From positions 4,427-68,426 of the forward strand of contig CALLVU010000128.1 of the NCBI GenBank assembly GCA_938015485.1: a stretch of DNA of 64,000 nucleotides, written 5' to 3'. Positions within the stretch are counted from its first letter, which is position 1, and each line of letters begins with the position of its first letter. The notes beneath the pieces are model-generated. The model ran no database searches and was not told where the DNA came from. It worked only from the letters and a program-made list of their open reading frames with translations. This document shows, one piece after another, positions 17,925-26,153 of the stretch. Source of the stretch: an uncultured Lachnoanaerobaculum sp. Lineage in GTDB: Bacteria; Bacillota; Clostridia; Lachnospirales; Lachnospiraceae. Position numbers and translations under genes: made by a program.

Positions 17925-19799
17925 ATGGGTATACGTATAAATAGAAACAATATACTGGAAGAGACAAGGTCAATCAGAGGAAGTATTGAGAAAACTAAAC
18001 ATCAAGTTTCACTTATCTTTGAAAGTATAAATAAATTTAATGATACTAAGGATGTGTTGACAGGTAAGGCTTGGGATTCTTCCAGAGAATACTCGGATAG
18101 TGTGCTGTTACCGGTTCTCAGAATGTATATAGAGTGTTTGGATTTAGAGTATGATGCAAATACAAAATATAGTGAATCAGCCGAAAGACTACCCGGGTAT
18201 GAAAAGCTTGATGAGGATATAATAATCGCAGCAAAGGAAAAGTATGAAAGACGACTTGATAGAGAATATAATAGGGAACATCCAAGAAATTCGGTTATAA
18301 ATTTTTATGAGAAGAAGATAGCAAGATGTGAAAAACTTTTGGATATTATATGTGAATTTTGTGATGAAACTTCGGGAATATTTGACGAGGTAAAGTCAAG
18401 GCAGGACTATTTGAGCAGATTGCATTACTACCTAAAGATGATAAATGTGGATAAAACCACAGGAGAAATGCTGCTACCACCGGGTAGTGTAAATATACAG
18501 TATGCAAAGGATGAAATAGACAGATACTATAGAGGTATAAAGAGTAAGGAGCTTATAGAAAGGGAAAAAGAACTTGAAGAGATATATAAGTTAAAAGGTG
18601 CAAAGGCTGTAATTCAAAATATCCTTACAAAACCTGTAGAGGGATGTCTGAATACAGATATTGAATCGGCAGAATACACTATGATAGCAAGGCTTATGGT
18701 AGAAAGTAGAGATGATGAATATGTAGAACTAGTAAATACGGCTGTGTACTATTGCTATGAGTATGAGAAAACAATGAGTAATCACCAAGGGTATTTCGAT
18801 ACTGTTAATGATATTTATAAGAAGAATGATAAGGTGGATAAGATACTTGGTGGACTAAATAATTTTGGTTTACATATGAATTTTAATGTAAAAAATGAAC
18901 AAGGTGATATTGGAAAGTTGATAGAAGACAGAAGGTATTGGATGCAACTTTCACAAGCATTTTCAGAGTTATCAACATATGATGCAAAGATTGTAGCAAC
19001 CAAATTATATAGTAGAGAAAGTGATAGGTACCCGGCAAAAAGCAAAGGATATAATGTAGAAGTAAAGCAAGATGTAAGCCATCAATTAATAATAAGTTTT
19101 TTGAAATATGGAGGAGATGTAGGTGGTACAAGTACTACTCCTTATGAGCAACAAAAAGATGTGAGGATTATAGTAGGTCAACCTGCTAGTGGAGGTAGTG
19201 GTGAATCAGAGGCGCTGAAAGGTTCTATGGAGTATGTGTATTATGGAATGGAAATGGATAATACACTTCCGGGGACCGTAGTTAAAAGTTCATCAAATTG
19301 TGCAATGACACTTGCCTTAGGAGCATATGCACCTACAGTAGGTAATGCAGTTACAGTATTAAACGCGGCAAAAGAAATATCAGCTGAAGCAGTTGGCGAA
19401 AAAAGAAAGTTGTATAAAAAAGCTGAATATATGCAATCTATAGGTAAGGTTGTGCAGATATTTAATTTATTTTATGTTTCATCAGTAGTAGAAGAAGATG
19501 GTAAAAAAGATGTTAAAACTCAAAATTGTGGTATTTTTCCAAGGTACAGGATAGATGATCCGGAAAATTTGCCAACTTCGGAATGTATTGAGAATTTTAA
19601 CATAAACTTTTCTAAAGGTGGTTATTTTGAAAAGTATGCAAAGGAAATGAAATATGATGAAAGTAATCCTATTACAGAAGAAAATATAGTTAAGAGAGCA
19701 AGCGAAATAGATTGTATGCTGGAAAAATTAGAAACTGAAATGTCAAAGAATGGAATGGTTACATTTGATATTGAAAATGTTGTTAGGAGAATGAAATGA
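17925..19799 (+). CDS. LXG-domain T7SS effector, copy 2 (intact, 624 aa)
   Basis: MGIRINRNNI...DVLTGKAWDSSREY...LPVLRMYIECLD (LXG). Small-residue-rich segment LALGAYAPTVGNAVTVLNAA. C-terminal NFSKGGYFEKYAKEMKYDESNPITEENI. Confidence 0.85.
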   Translation: MGIRINRNNILEETRSIRGSIEKTKHQVSLIFESINKFNDTKDVLTGKAWDSSREYSDSVLLPVLRMYIECLDLEYDANTKYSESAERLPGYEKLDEDIIIAAKEKYERRLDREYNREHPRNSVINFYEKKIARCEKLLDIICEFCDETSGIFDEVKSRQDYLSRLHYYLKMINVDKTTGEMLLPPGSVNIQYAKDEIDRYYRGIKSKELIEREKELEEIYKLKGAKAVIQNILTKPVEGCLNTDIESAEYTMIARLMVESRDDEYVELVNTAVYYCYEYEKTMSNHQGYFDTVNDIYKKNDKVDKILGGLNNFGLHMNFNVKNEQGDIGKLIEDRRYWMQLSQAFSELSTYDAKIVATKLYSRESDRYPAKSKGYNVEVKQDVSHQLIISFLKYGGDVGGTSTTPYEQQKDVRIIVGQPASGGSGESEALKGSMEYVYYGMEMDNTLPGTVVKSSSNCAMTLALGAYAPTVGNAVTVLNAAKEISAEAVGEKRKLYKKAEYMQSIGKVVQIFNLFYVSSVVEEDGKKDVKTQNCGIFPRYRIDDPENLPTSECIENFNINFSKGGYFEKYAKEMKYDESNPITEENIVKRASEIDCMLEKLETEMSKNGMVTFDIENVVRRMK

Positions 19800-20260
19800 C
19801 TGGAAATAAAAGAAAAGGCATTTTATTATTAATTTTTGTTATTGTAGCTGTATACATTGTGAATCAGATAGCCTTTTTTCATGATAAGGAATTTGAAAGA
19901 GCAGTTAGGGATACACTTGAAGCACCATATATGTCATTTACGACGAAAAGAAACAAGCCGATATTAGGAATTATCTGGAAGAAAGACTTAGAAAACATAA
20001 TAATGGTGTCATTAGATCTTAGAGAATATCATGTTAAAAATATAAGTGATATAAGGTATTTCAAAGATGTAGATTCAATTTGGCTTATTTATAGGAGTGC
20101 TTATGAGGGTGACACAAGTATATATGAAGAGGAAAATTTACTTAATAATATATATGTTGCTAAAAACTTTAAGAATTTAAGTATGATATCATTGTATCAT
20201 GTAAAAGTAAATAAAGATATTAAGGCAATGTTTCCTAATGTAGATGTAGTTATTGAGTAA
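19796..20260 (+). CDS. TM-anchored mini-LRR protein (candidate immunity, paralogue of 10852..11334)
   Basis: ATGA overlap with the LXG gene stop. 154 aa. TM plus IAFFHDKEFERAVRDTL...VKNISDIRYFKDVDSIWL. Confidence 0.6.
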   Translation: MTGNKRKGILLLIFVIVAVYIVNQIAFFHDKEFERAVRDTLEAPYMSFTTKRNKPILGIIWKKDLENIIMVSLDLREYHVKNISDIRYFKDVDSIWLIYRSAYEGDTSIYEEENLLNNIYVAKNFKNLSMISLYHVKVNKDIKAMFPNVDVVIE

Positions 20261-20488
20261 ATGTCTTTTATATTTATTATCATCTGTATTTTGTTATTTA
20301 TTGAGATACAGATGATAGTAGTGGTGTTTGTCAGAGTATGCCGGTTCAGTGTCCGGAAGAGTATTTGATTTAAGCAAAGGATAGAATAAATATAATGATT
20401 AGGAATTAGGTTTTATACAGATATCGTAGGTTTGCGTTATAGGCTAACACAGGCATTACCGGTATTCCTAAAAAGTGTGAGGTTTAAG

Positions 20489-20752
20489 ATGAGCAGATAT
20501 GATAGTGATAAAGAAAAATCACAGGAAGAATATGAATTAGCGCTAAAAGAATTTACTATTGAAAAAGAGGAGCGTGAGGATATCTATAGAGAGTGTAGAG
20601 AAATAGATAAAACATTGATAGATTGTTTAGGGTATTGTAATGAAACTGAACTTATGGAGGAGGAATTTATAGAATTTAAAAAACAAAGTGATAGAGAAAT
20701 GCAGGAAATGGAAGATAAATTAATAAGCTTAAAAAAGAAAATCGAAGAATAA
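20489..20752 (+). CDS. Small acidic coiled-coil protein (paralogue of 11378..11650)
   Basis: ATG at 20489 after GTGAGG; the track's TTG at 20432 is less likely. 87 aa. Confidence 0.55.
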   Translation: MSRYDSDKEKSQEEYELALKEFTIEKEEREDIYRECREIDKTLIDCLGYCNETELMEEEFIEFKKQSDREMQEMEDKLISLKKKIEE

Positions 20753-20876
20753 TTTCTCAACGATTTTTCGACAGTGTGAAACTTCCATTTAAAATGAAGG
20801 AAATATAACCTCGATTAAAGACAGTATCGGAAATGCGAACTATTTTAAATATGGTGTAGGAAATACACTTGAAAAA

Positions 20877-23339
20877 GTGGTTGACGGTGACGGTCTGGTA
20901 AGTGAGTACAGTTACGATAAAATGTACAATCTTGTAGGAATAAGACAGTACAAAAAAGGTAATGAAAATGACTGTATGATAAGAAGCTATCATAGAAACA
21001 ATATGGGCAGAATATTTAAAATAGAAAATGCCGACAGTACTTATAAAACTATGGATTATAACAGTCTTGGACAAGTGGTGAAAAATATTGATGAAGACGG
21101 TTTTAAAACAGAGCTGAAGTACAATGAAGCCGGACTTTTAACTTTGATGAAATGTTCTGACGGAAATTATGTAAACTATGAGTACGACGGTAACAGATTT
21201 TTGAAAGCCATATCAGGAAGCTTTGGAACTATGAGCTTTGAAAGAGATAAGAAAGGCTTGGTGAAAAAGGCTTTAACTACAGACGGACACAATATTGCTT
21301 ACGAATATGATAAGTTCGGAAGAACTGTGGCTATAGTATATCCTGACGGTAAGAAGGTAGGCTATAACTATGATAAAAAAGGTAGACTTATAGAAACCGT
21401 TTCAGGAAATGAACATATCAGGTTGACTTATAACAGTTTGGACAGACTTGAATCAAGAGAGTATAGCGATGGAAGCAAAACATGCTATGAGTACAATGAT
21501 ATCGGAAGTCCGACAAAAATAACGCATATCAGTGATGAAAAAATCAATATGGAATATACTTATACATATGATTTGGTGGGAAATAAGACAGGTATAAGTA
21601 TCAATAGGAACGGCAGTGTAAAGGATTACAATTATTCTTATGATGAGGTGGGAAGAATCACAAAAGTTGTATTGAACGGAAAAGTGCTAAGAGAATACGG
21701 CTATGATATCTTCGGAAACAGAACCGATAAAGTAGAATATTCCAAAGATGAAGTGATTACCACAAAATACATATATAAGGGAGGAAAACTCGCAGAAGAG
21801 CTTATATCTAAGAATAACAGTTTGATTCAAAAAAGGTATGAGTATGATAAGAGAGGAAATATTATCAAGAAGTTTTCCGGTGGTAAGCTTGAAGCAGAGT
21901 ACAAATACAACGGATTGGGACAACTTATAAGTGTCATATCCGGTAAAAACAGTGTTACATATGAATATGACGGACTTGGTCACAGAATAGGTAAGACAGA
22001 GAGCAATGGAAGCGAGTCACATACTACAAGCTATGTAATTGATATCAGAAAAAAGACTGATAATATATTGTGGCAAAACAGTGATGGAAATGAGAGAAGT
22101 TTTGTATGGGATATTCAACTGATATCAGAGGTGGAGGATGATGACAGCGCCAATATCATATGTGATGAGCTTGGAAGTGTAATACTTGAAGGGGAGGAGC
22201 TTTTTGAGTACTCAGAGTTTGGAGAAGTGCTCGGAAGCAAACCAAAGAACTTCGGATTTGCCGGTCTCATGGTAGATGATATAAGCGGAAACTATCTTTC
22301 AGCTACAAGAATGTACGATGAAAATCTGGGAAGATTCCTTGGAAAGGATAAAATCAAGGGAGATCTAAGATATGGATTTACTCAGAACGAGTATACTTAC
22401 TGCTATAATTCACCACTGATATTTGTGGACAGTACAGGAGAATCACCGGCTGCAAATGCACTTACCTCAGTCTTAGACACTACAGAGAATTATATAAGGT
22501 ATGTAATGTTTTTAGGCATATATAGTGTAGTAGATGTAACTACTAAAAATATTAGAGCAGGTCTAAACTTAGTTCAGGATGAAGTGGTAGATGATATTGC
22601 AAACTCAGGTTATACCTATTGGAAAGAGAGAGTTGCAGACATTGAAAAAGATGCGATATCAAAAGATGTGTATAATAAAATCAAGAATATTCGAAAATTT
22701 GCTGAAGACAGTGGGCTCAGTGATAAATTAAATGAAATAACGAGAAGCAGTATTGCGGATGTAGTACTTAATAATTTTGACTTTTACAAGGATGATAAAG
22801 GAATTATTCATACAATAAGTCTTTGTTGGCAGTCGCATTGGGGATATAACAATTTTATTGATTTTGCATTTAATTCCTTTTCATCTATGAATAGAGGAAA
22901 GTTTAAATTTGGAAGTGGAGATGATGAGTTTACACTTTGGATGTGGAAAGGAGATTATTTTAACTTTGGAGCCGGAGGTGAAATTGGCATATACAAAGGT
23001 AATAAATGGCATGTAGATTGCTATACTCAGAGTAAACTTAAAATGAATTTGGATATAAGGCTAAAAGATGGTACACAGGTAATAGATTGGGATGCTAACG
23101 ATTTATATCAGTGGTGGATAACAGGGTTTAATCCGGATAAAAGATTTCAAGATGTAAAGGCTGAAGATTTAGTAATGACAGGTATGGTTGACTTTAATGA
23201 GGAAAGAGTTATGTGGAAGGGGTTCGTACATACAGCAGAATTCGATGATCAAAATGTAGATAAGATAAATGATAACTGGTGCCTTGATTTTGTACATCGC
23301 AATGCTGTAATGAAATGGAAAGGAGGAAATAAAAACTGA
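20877..23339 (+). CDS. RHS/YD-repeat protein, 5'-truncated fragment with C-terminal toxin-like domain
   Basis: YD repeats throughout (SEYSYDKMYNLV, YEYDKFGR, YNYDKKGRL...). The repeat-like frame is open back to a TAA at 20790 with no start or N-terminal domain. Core-end motif RMYDENLGRFLGKD...NSPLIFVDSTGE (P-x4-D-x2-G) at about 22413..22440, then ~298 aa of unrelated sequence. Confidence 0.8.
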   Translation: MVDGDGLVSEYSYDKMYNLVGIRQYKKGNENDCMIRSYHRNNMGRIFKIENADSTYKTMDYNSLGQVVKNIDEDGFKTELKYNEAGLLTLMKCSDGNYVNYEYDGNRFLKAISGSFGTMSFERDKKGLVKKALTTDGHNIAYEYDKFGRTVAIVYPDGKKVGYNYDKKGRLIETVSGNEHIRLTYNSLDRLESREYSDGSKTCYEYNDIGSPTKITHISDEKINMEYTYTYDLVGNKTGISINRNGSVKDYNYSYDEVGRITKVVLNGKVLREYGYDIFGNRTDKVEYSKDEVITTKYIYKGGKLAEELISKNNSLIQKRYEYDKRGNIIKKFSGGKLEAEYKYNGLGQLISVISGKNSVTYEYDGLGHRIGKTESNGSESHTTSYVIDIRKKTDNILWQNSDGNERSFVWDIQLISEVEDDDSANIICDELGSVILEGEELFEYSEFGEVLGSKPKNFGFAGLMVDDISGNYLSATRMYDENLGRFLGKDKIKGDLRYGFTQNEYTYCYNSPLIFVDSTGESPAANALTSVLDTTENYIRYVMFLGIYSVVDVTTKNIRAGLNLVQDEVVDDIANSGYTYWKERVADIEKDAISKDVYNKIKNIRKFAEDSGLSDKLNEITRSSIADVVLNNFDFYKDDKGIIHTISLCWQSHWGYNNFIDFAFNSFSSMNRGKFKFGSGDDEFTLWMWKGDYFNFGAGGEIGIYKGNKWHVDCYTQSKLKMNLDIRLKDGTQVIDWDANDLYQWWITGFNPDKRFQDVKAEDLVMTGMVDFNEERVMWKGFVHTAEFDDQNVDKINDNWCLDFVHRNAVMKWKGGNKN

Positions 23340-23911
23340 TGAAAATTAAAATTAGTATATTATTTTTAATAGCATGCCTGCTTACAGGATGTACGTCAGT
23401 AGTTGAAACTGTAAAATATATACATGATTCCGGTAAAATAGATAATTATATATATGGTGATGCAAAAGTGGCGAATGAATATATCGAAAAGATAGTACAG
23501 GCTTTAAATACTAATGATAGGGAGCTGTTAGCAAGCCTCTTTCCTGAGCATGCAAGGAGTAAGATAGATCATTTTGATGAAAAGATAGACTATATTATTA
23601 GAGAGAATGAGATTTGGCCGGGTTCGATAATAAGATATAAGCTTAATGAAGATAATAATTATCAATCAAGTTCCGACATGGGAAAAGTACAAAAGGTTAT
23701 ATATGCTAATACTACTATAGAATTTGCAAAGCCGAAAGAGAATGAATATAAAAAATTTGATTTAAGCATTGGAATGGAAATAGTTACTGTAGATGATTTT
23801 AATGAGAACAATGTAGGGATATCCATATTTGCTATTGGTGAGGGTGATTTTAATAAGGATGAAGTGGATAAAGAAAAAGATGGGTATGATATATATGCAT
23901 TTGGACACTAA
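23339..23911 (+). CDS. Lipoprotein (DUF5104-like), candidate immunity to the RHS C-terminal domain
   Basis: Lipobox LLTGC. 190 aa. Start overlaps the RHS stop (TGATG). LASLFPEHARSKID resembles DUF5104 as I recall. Confidence 0.65.
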   Translation: MKIKISILFLIACLLTGCTSVVETVKYIHDSGKIDNYIYGDAKVANEYIEKIVQALNTNDRELLASLFPEHARSKIDHFDEKIDYIIRENEIWPGSIIRYKLNEDNNYQSSSDMGKVQKVIYANTTIEFAKPKENEYKKFDLSIGMEIVTVDDFNENNVGISIFAIGEGDFNKDEVDKEKDGYDIYAFGH

Positions 23912-23928
23912 TGATAGGAGATAAGAAT

Positions 23929-24234
23929 ATGGAAATTAAATCAAATATTGCCGGTATGGTAAATGCGGAGAATAATTATGATGTGTTTAAGTATAGGTTA
24001 AATTTAAGCAGGGAAGATTTAGTAAATATTCTAACAGATATTGATAATTATTGGATTGGAAGAAGTGGAGACAGCTTTAAATATATTTGTTGGTATTTAA
24101 AAATTTTATTGGATACAGGATATGAAGAATTGACCGGACTAAAAAATGAAATTACTGATTCAAAGAAATATATATATGATAATGACTATAATCTTTCGAA
24201 TCAGATACAAAGTAAGGAGCATATAAAAGTATGA
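23929..24234 (+). CDS. Divergent WXG100-like small protein
   Basis: ATG at 23929 after GGAG. ~101 aa. Central NYWIGRSGDSFKYICWYL gives WxG plus downstream aromatic residues. Confidence 0.5.
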   Translation: MEIKSNIAGMVNAENNYDVFKYRLNLSREDLVNILTDIDNYWIGRSGDSFKYICWYLKILLDTGYEELTGLKNEITDSKKYIYDNDYNLSNQIQSKEHIKV

Positions 24235-24812
24235 AAAAAATAATATTTCTTATTATTGCATCAGCGCTTTTAATATCAGCCTGCTCAAGTGTCAAAAATA
24301 CAGTGGACGGTGCAAAGAGTGAGATTACAAAAAATGATAAGCAGCCTCCTGAGGAAAAAGAATATAAAGATAAGGTGATTGCTGCAATGGATGATCAAAA
24401 TGCTAATGCACTGAAGGCACTGTTCTCAAAGAATGCAAGAGATAACATAGAAGATATGGACTTTAAAATTGCATTATTGCTTAAGAGGTATAAGGGAAAG
24501 TCAAAGAGTGTAAAGTATGACAGAAATTTTCCCGTAGTTACAGAAGACAAAGAAAAGGGAATAAAAAGGATTGAGACTTATTATGTTGTCAAGACAGATG
24601 GTGGTAATATAGATTTTATGTACCTTCAGGTTGTTGCCAAGGATGATGAGGATCCTGATGATGTAGGTATAAGCTCTATGATGTATTCGCCTGAGATTTG
24701 GCAGATTACTATGGATGACAGCAACAGAGGATATTATCTTTGGGTAGACAATCCGCTTTGGGCAGATTTTGTCCAGCCGGATGATGTTATGACTACAGAG
24801 AGCAGTAGGTAG
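24231..24812 (+). CDS. Lipoprotein (DUF5104-like), second immunity-type gene
   Basis: Lipobox LISAC. 193 aa. ATGA overlap with the previous gene. LKALFSKNARDNIEDMD. Confidence 0.6.
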   Translation: MKKIIFLIIASALLISACSSVKNTVDGAKSEITKNDKQPPEEKEYKDKVIAAMDDQNANALKALFSKNARDNIEDMDFKIALLLKRYKGKSKSVKYDRNFPVVTEDKEKGIKRIETYYVVKTDGGNIDFMYLQVVAKDDEDPDDVGISSMMYSPEIWQITMDDSNRGYYLWVDNPLWADFVQPDDVMTTESSR

Positions 24813-24824
24813 GCAGATCTTTTG

Positions 24825-24860
24825 GAACTCCTATGAAAAAACACATAGGAGTTCTGTTGC
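24825..24860 (+). terminator. Hairpin terminator-like element
   Basis: GAACTCCTATG (24825..24835) / CATAGGAGTTC (24844..24854), an 11-bp perfect stem. The T tract after it is weak (TGTTGC). Confidence 0.45.
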
Positions 24861-24973
24861 TATACAAACAATATGTTAGGTAATATCAGGTACATAATTT
24901 AGATAAAGTATTGAAATATATTTTAAGAATTCAATAAAGCTATGAGTAGTTTACTTTGATAAAGAGGAGAAAA

Positions 24974-25000
24974 ATGTGGAAAGGAGGAAATAAAACCTGA
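24974..25000 (+). pseudogene. Scar of an RHS toxin 3' end (MWKGGNKT*)
   Basis: ATGTGGAAAGGAGGAAATAAAACCTGA matches the last codons of 20877..23339 (..MKWKGGNKN*). It has the same TGATG overlap with the following lipoprotein gene. Confidence 0.75.
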
Positions 25001-25572
25001 TGAAAATTAAAATGCTAATGGGGATTTTAATATTAAGTTTACTTACAGGATGTACGTCAGTAGTTGAAACTGTACAATATATACATGACTCCGGTAAAAT
25101 AGATAATTATATATATGGTGATGCAAAAGTGGTAAATAAGTATATAGAAAAGATAGTCGAAGCATTTAATACTAATGATAGGGAGCTGTTAGCAAGCCTG
25201 TTTCCTGAGCATGCGAGGAGTAAGATAGATCATTTTGATGAAAAGATAGACAGAATTATCAGGGAAAATGAAACATGGCCGTCTTCTATAATAAGGTATA
25301 AGCTTAATGAAGATAACAATTATCAATCAAGAGCTGACAGGGGTAAAATCTATAGAGAGGTATATGCTAATACGACCATAGAGTTCGCAGACCCTAAGGA
25401 GGGAGAAGTACATAGACCAAGCTTAAAGATTGGTATTGTAATAGTACCTGTAGATGATTTTCACGAAAATAATGTTGGAATTTCTATACTTGCAATGGGT
25501 TATGAAGGCTTTAATAAGGAAAATGTGGATAAAGAAAAAGATGGATATGATATATATGCGTTTGGACATTGA
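25000..25572 (+). CDS. Lipoprotein (paralogue of 23339..23911), orphan immunity-type gene
   Basis: 190 aa, lipobox LLTGC, collinear with 23339..23911 at high identity by eye. Confidence 0.7.
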   Translation: MKIKMLMGILILSLLTGCTSVVETVQYIHDSGKIDNYIYGDAKVVNKYIEKIVEAFNTNDRELLASLFPEHARSKIDHFDEKIDRIIRENETWPSSIIRYKLNEDNNYQSRADRGKIYREVYANTTIEFADPKEGEVHRPSLKIGIVIVPVDDFHENNVGISILAMGYEGFNKENVDKEKDGYDIYAFGH

Positions 25573-25670
25573 TGATTATACTCTTTCAATAAGGGAAAAC
25601 ATAGGATCTCTTTTAATACACAAACAATATGGTAAAACTGTATGAAGTTTAACAGAAAGGAAATGTGGAA

Positions 25671-26129
25671 ATGAATTATACATTATCATTTTACTTGGGA
25701 ATATTTACAATAATATGCATGATTGTGGTGAGCAGAATAGCCTTTTTTAAGGATGAGGAGTTTCTCAGAGCGGTAAGAGATACTATGGGGAAAAATCGTA
25801 TGTCTCTGGCAAATAAAAGAGAGAAGCCCATCAAGGGTATCATTTGGAAAAAGAATTTAAAGAAGATGAACTTCTTATCAATCAATTTTAAGGACTACCA
25901 TGTGAAAGATGTAAGTGACCTTGAATACTTTAAGAATGTTGAGACAATTATCTTGACATATATGGGAGATAATGAGGAAGATATCGGCATGTATGATGAG
26001 GAACATGTCCTTGATAATCTGAATAAAGTAAGGGATTTTAATAAGCTGAGAAGAGTGCAGTTATATCATCTGAACGCAGATAAGAGTGTGAAGAATGAAT
26101 GTCCGAGAGCAATAGTATATATAGACTAG
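25671..26129 (+). CDS. TM-anchored mini-LRR protein (cassette 1)
   Basis: ATG at 25671 (MNYTLSFYLGIF..., compare MSYTITFYLGIF at 29257). RIAFFKDEEFLRAVRDTMGK...VKDVSDLEYFKNVETIIL. Confidence 0.6.
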   Translation: MNYTLSFYLGIFTIICMIVVSRIAFFKDEEFLRAVRDTMGKNRMSLANKREKPIKGIIWKKNLKKMNFLSINFKDYHVKDVSDLEYFKNVETIILTYMGDNEEDIGMYDEEHVLDNLNKVRDFNKLRRVQLYHLNADKSVKNECPRAIVYID

Positions 26130-26153
26130 TTTTTACGGTAAGGAGAGACATAG

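Noticed and set aside
20278-20317. 12-bp perfect inverted repeat TATCATCTGTAT / ATACAGATGATA after 19796..20260, considered as a terminator.
   Set aside because: It is an AT-rich stem with no following T tract, so it could equally be a protein-binding site. There is not enough support to call it.
25454-25645. 63-aa ORF overlapping the end of lipoprotein gene 25000..25572.
   Set aside because: It is in an alternative frame of a conserved paralogue pair, with no RBS and no conservation in the sister copy.
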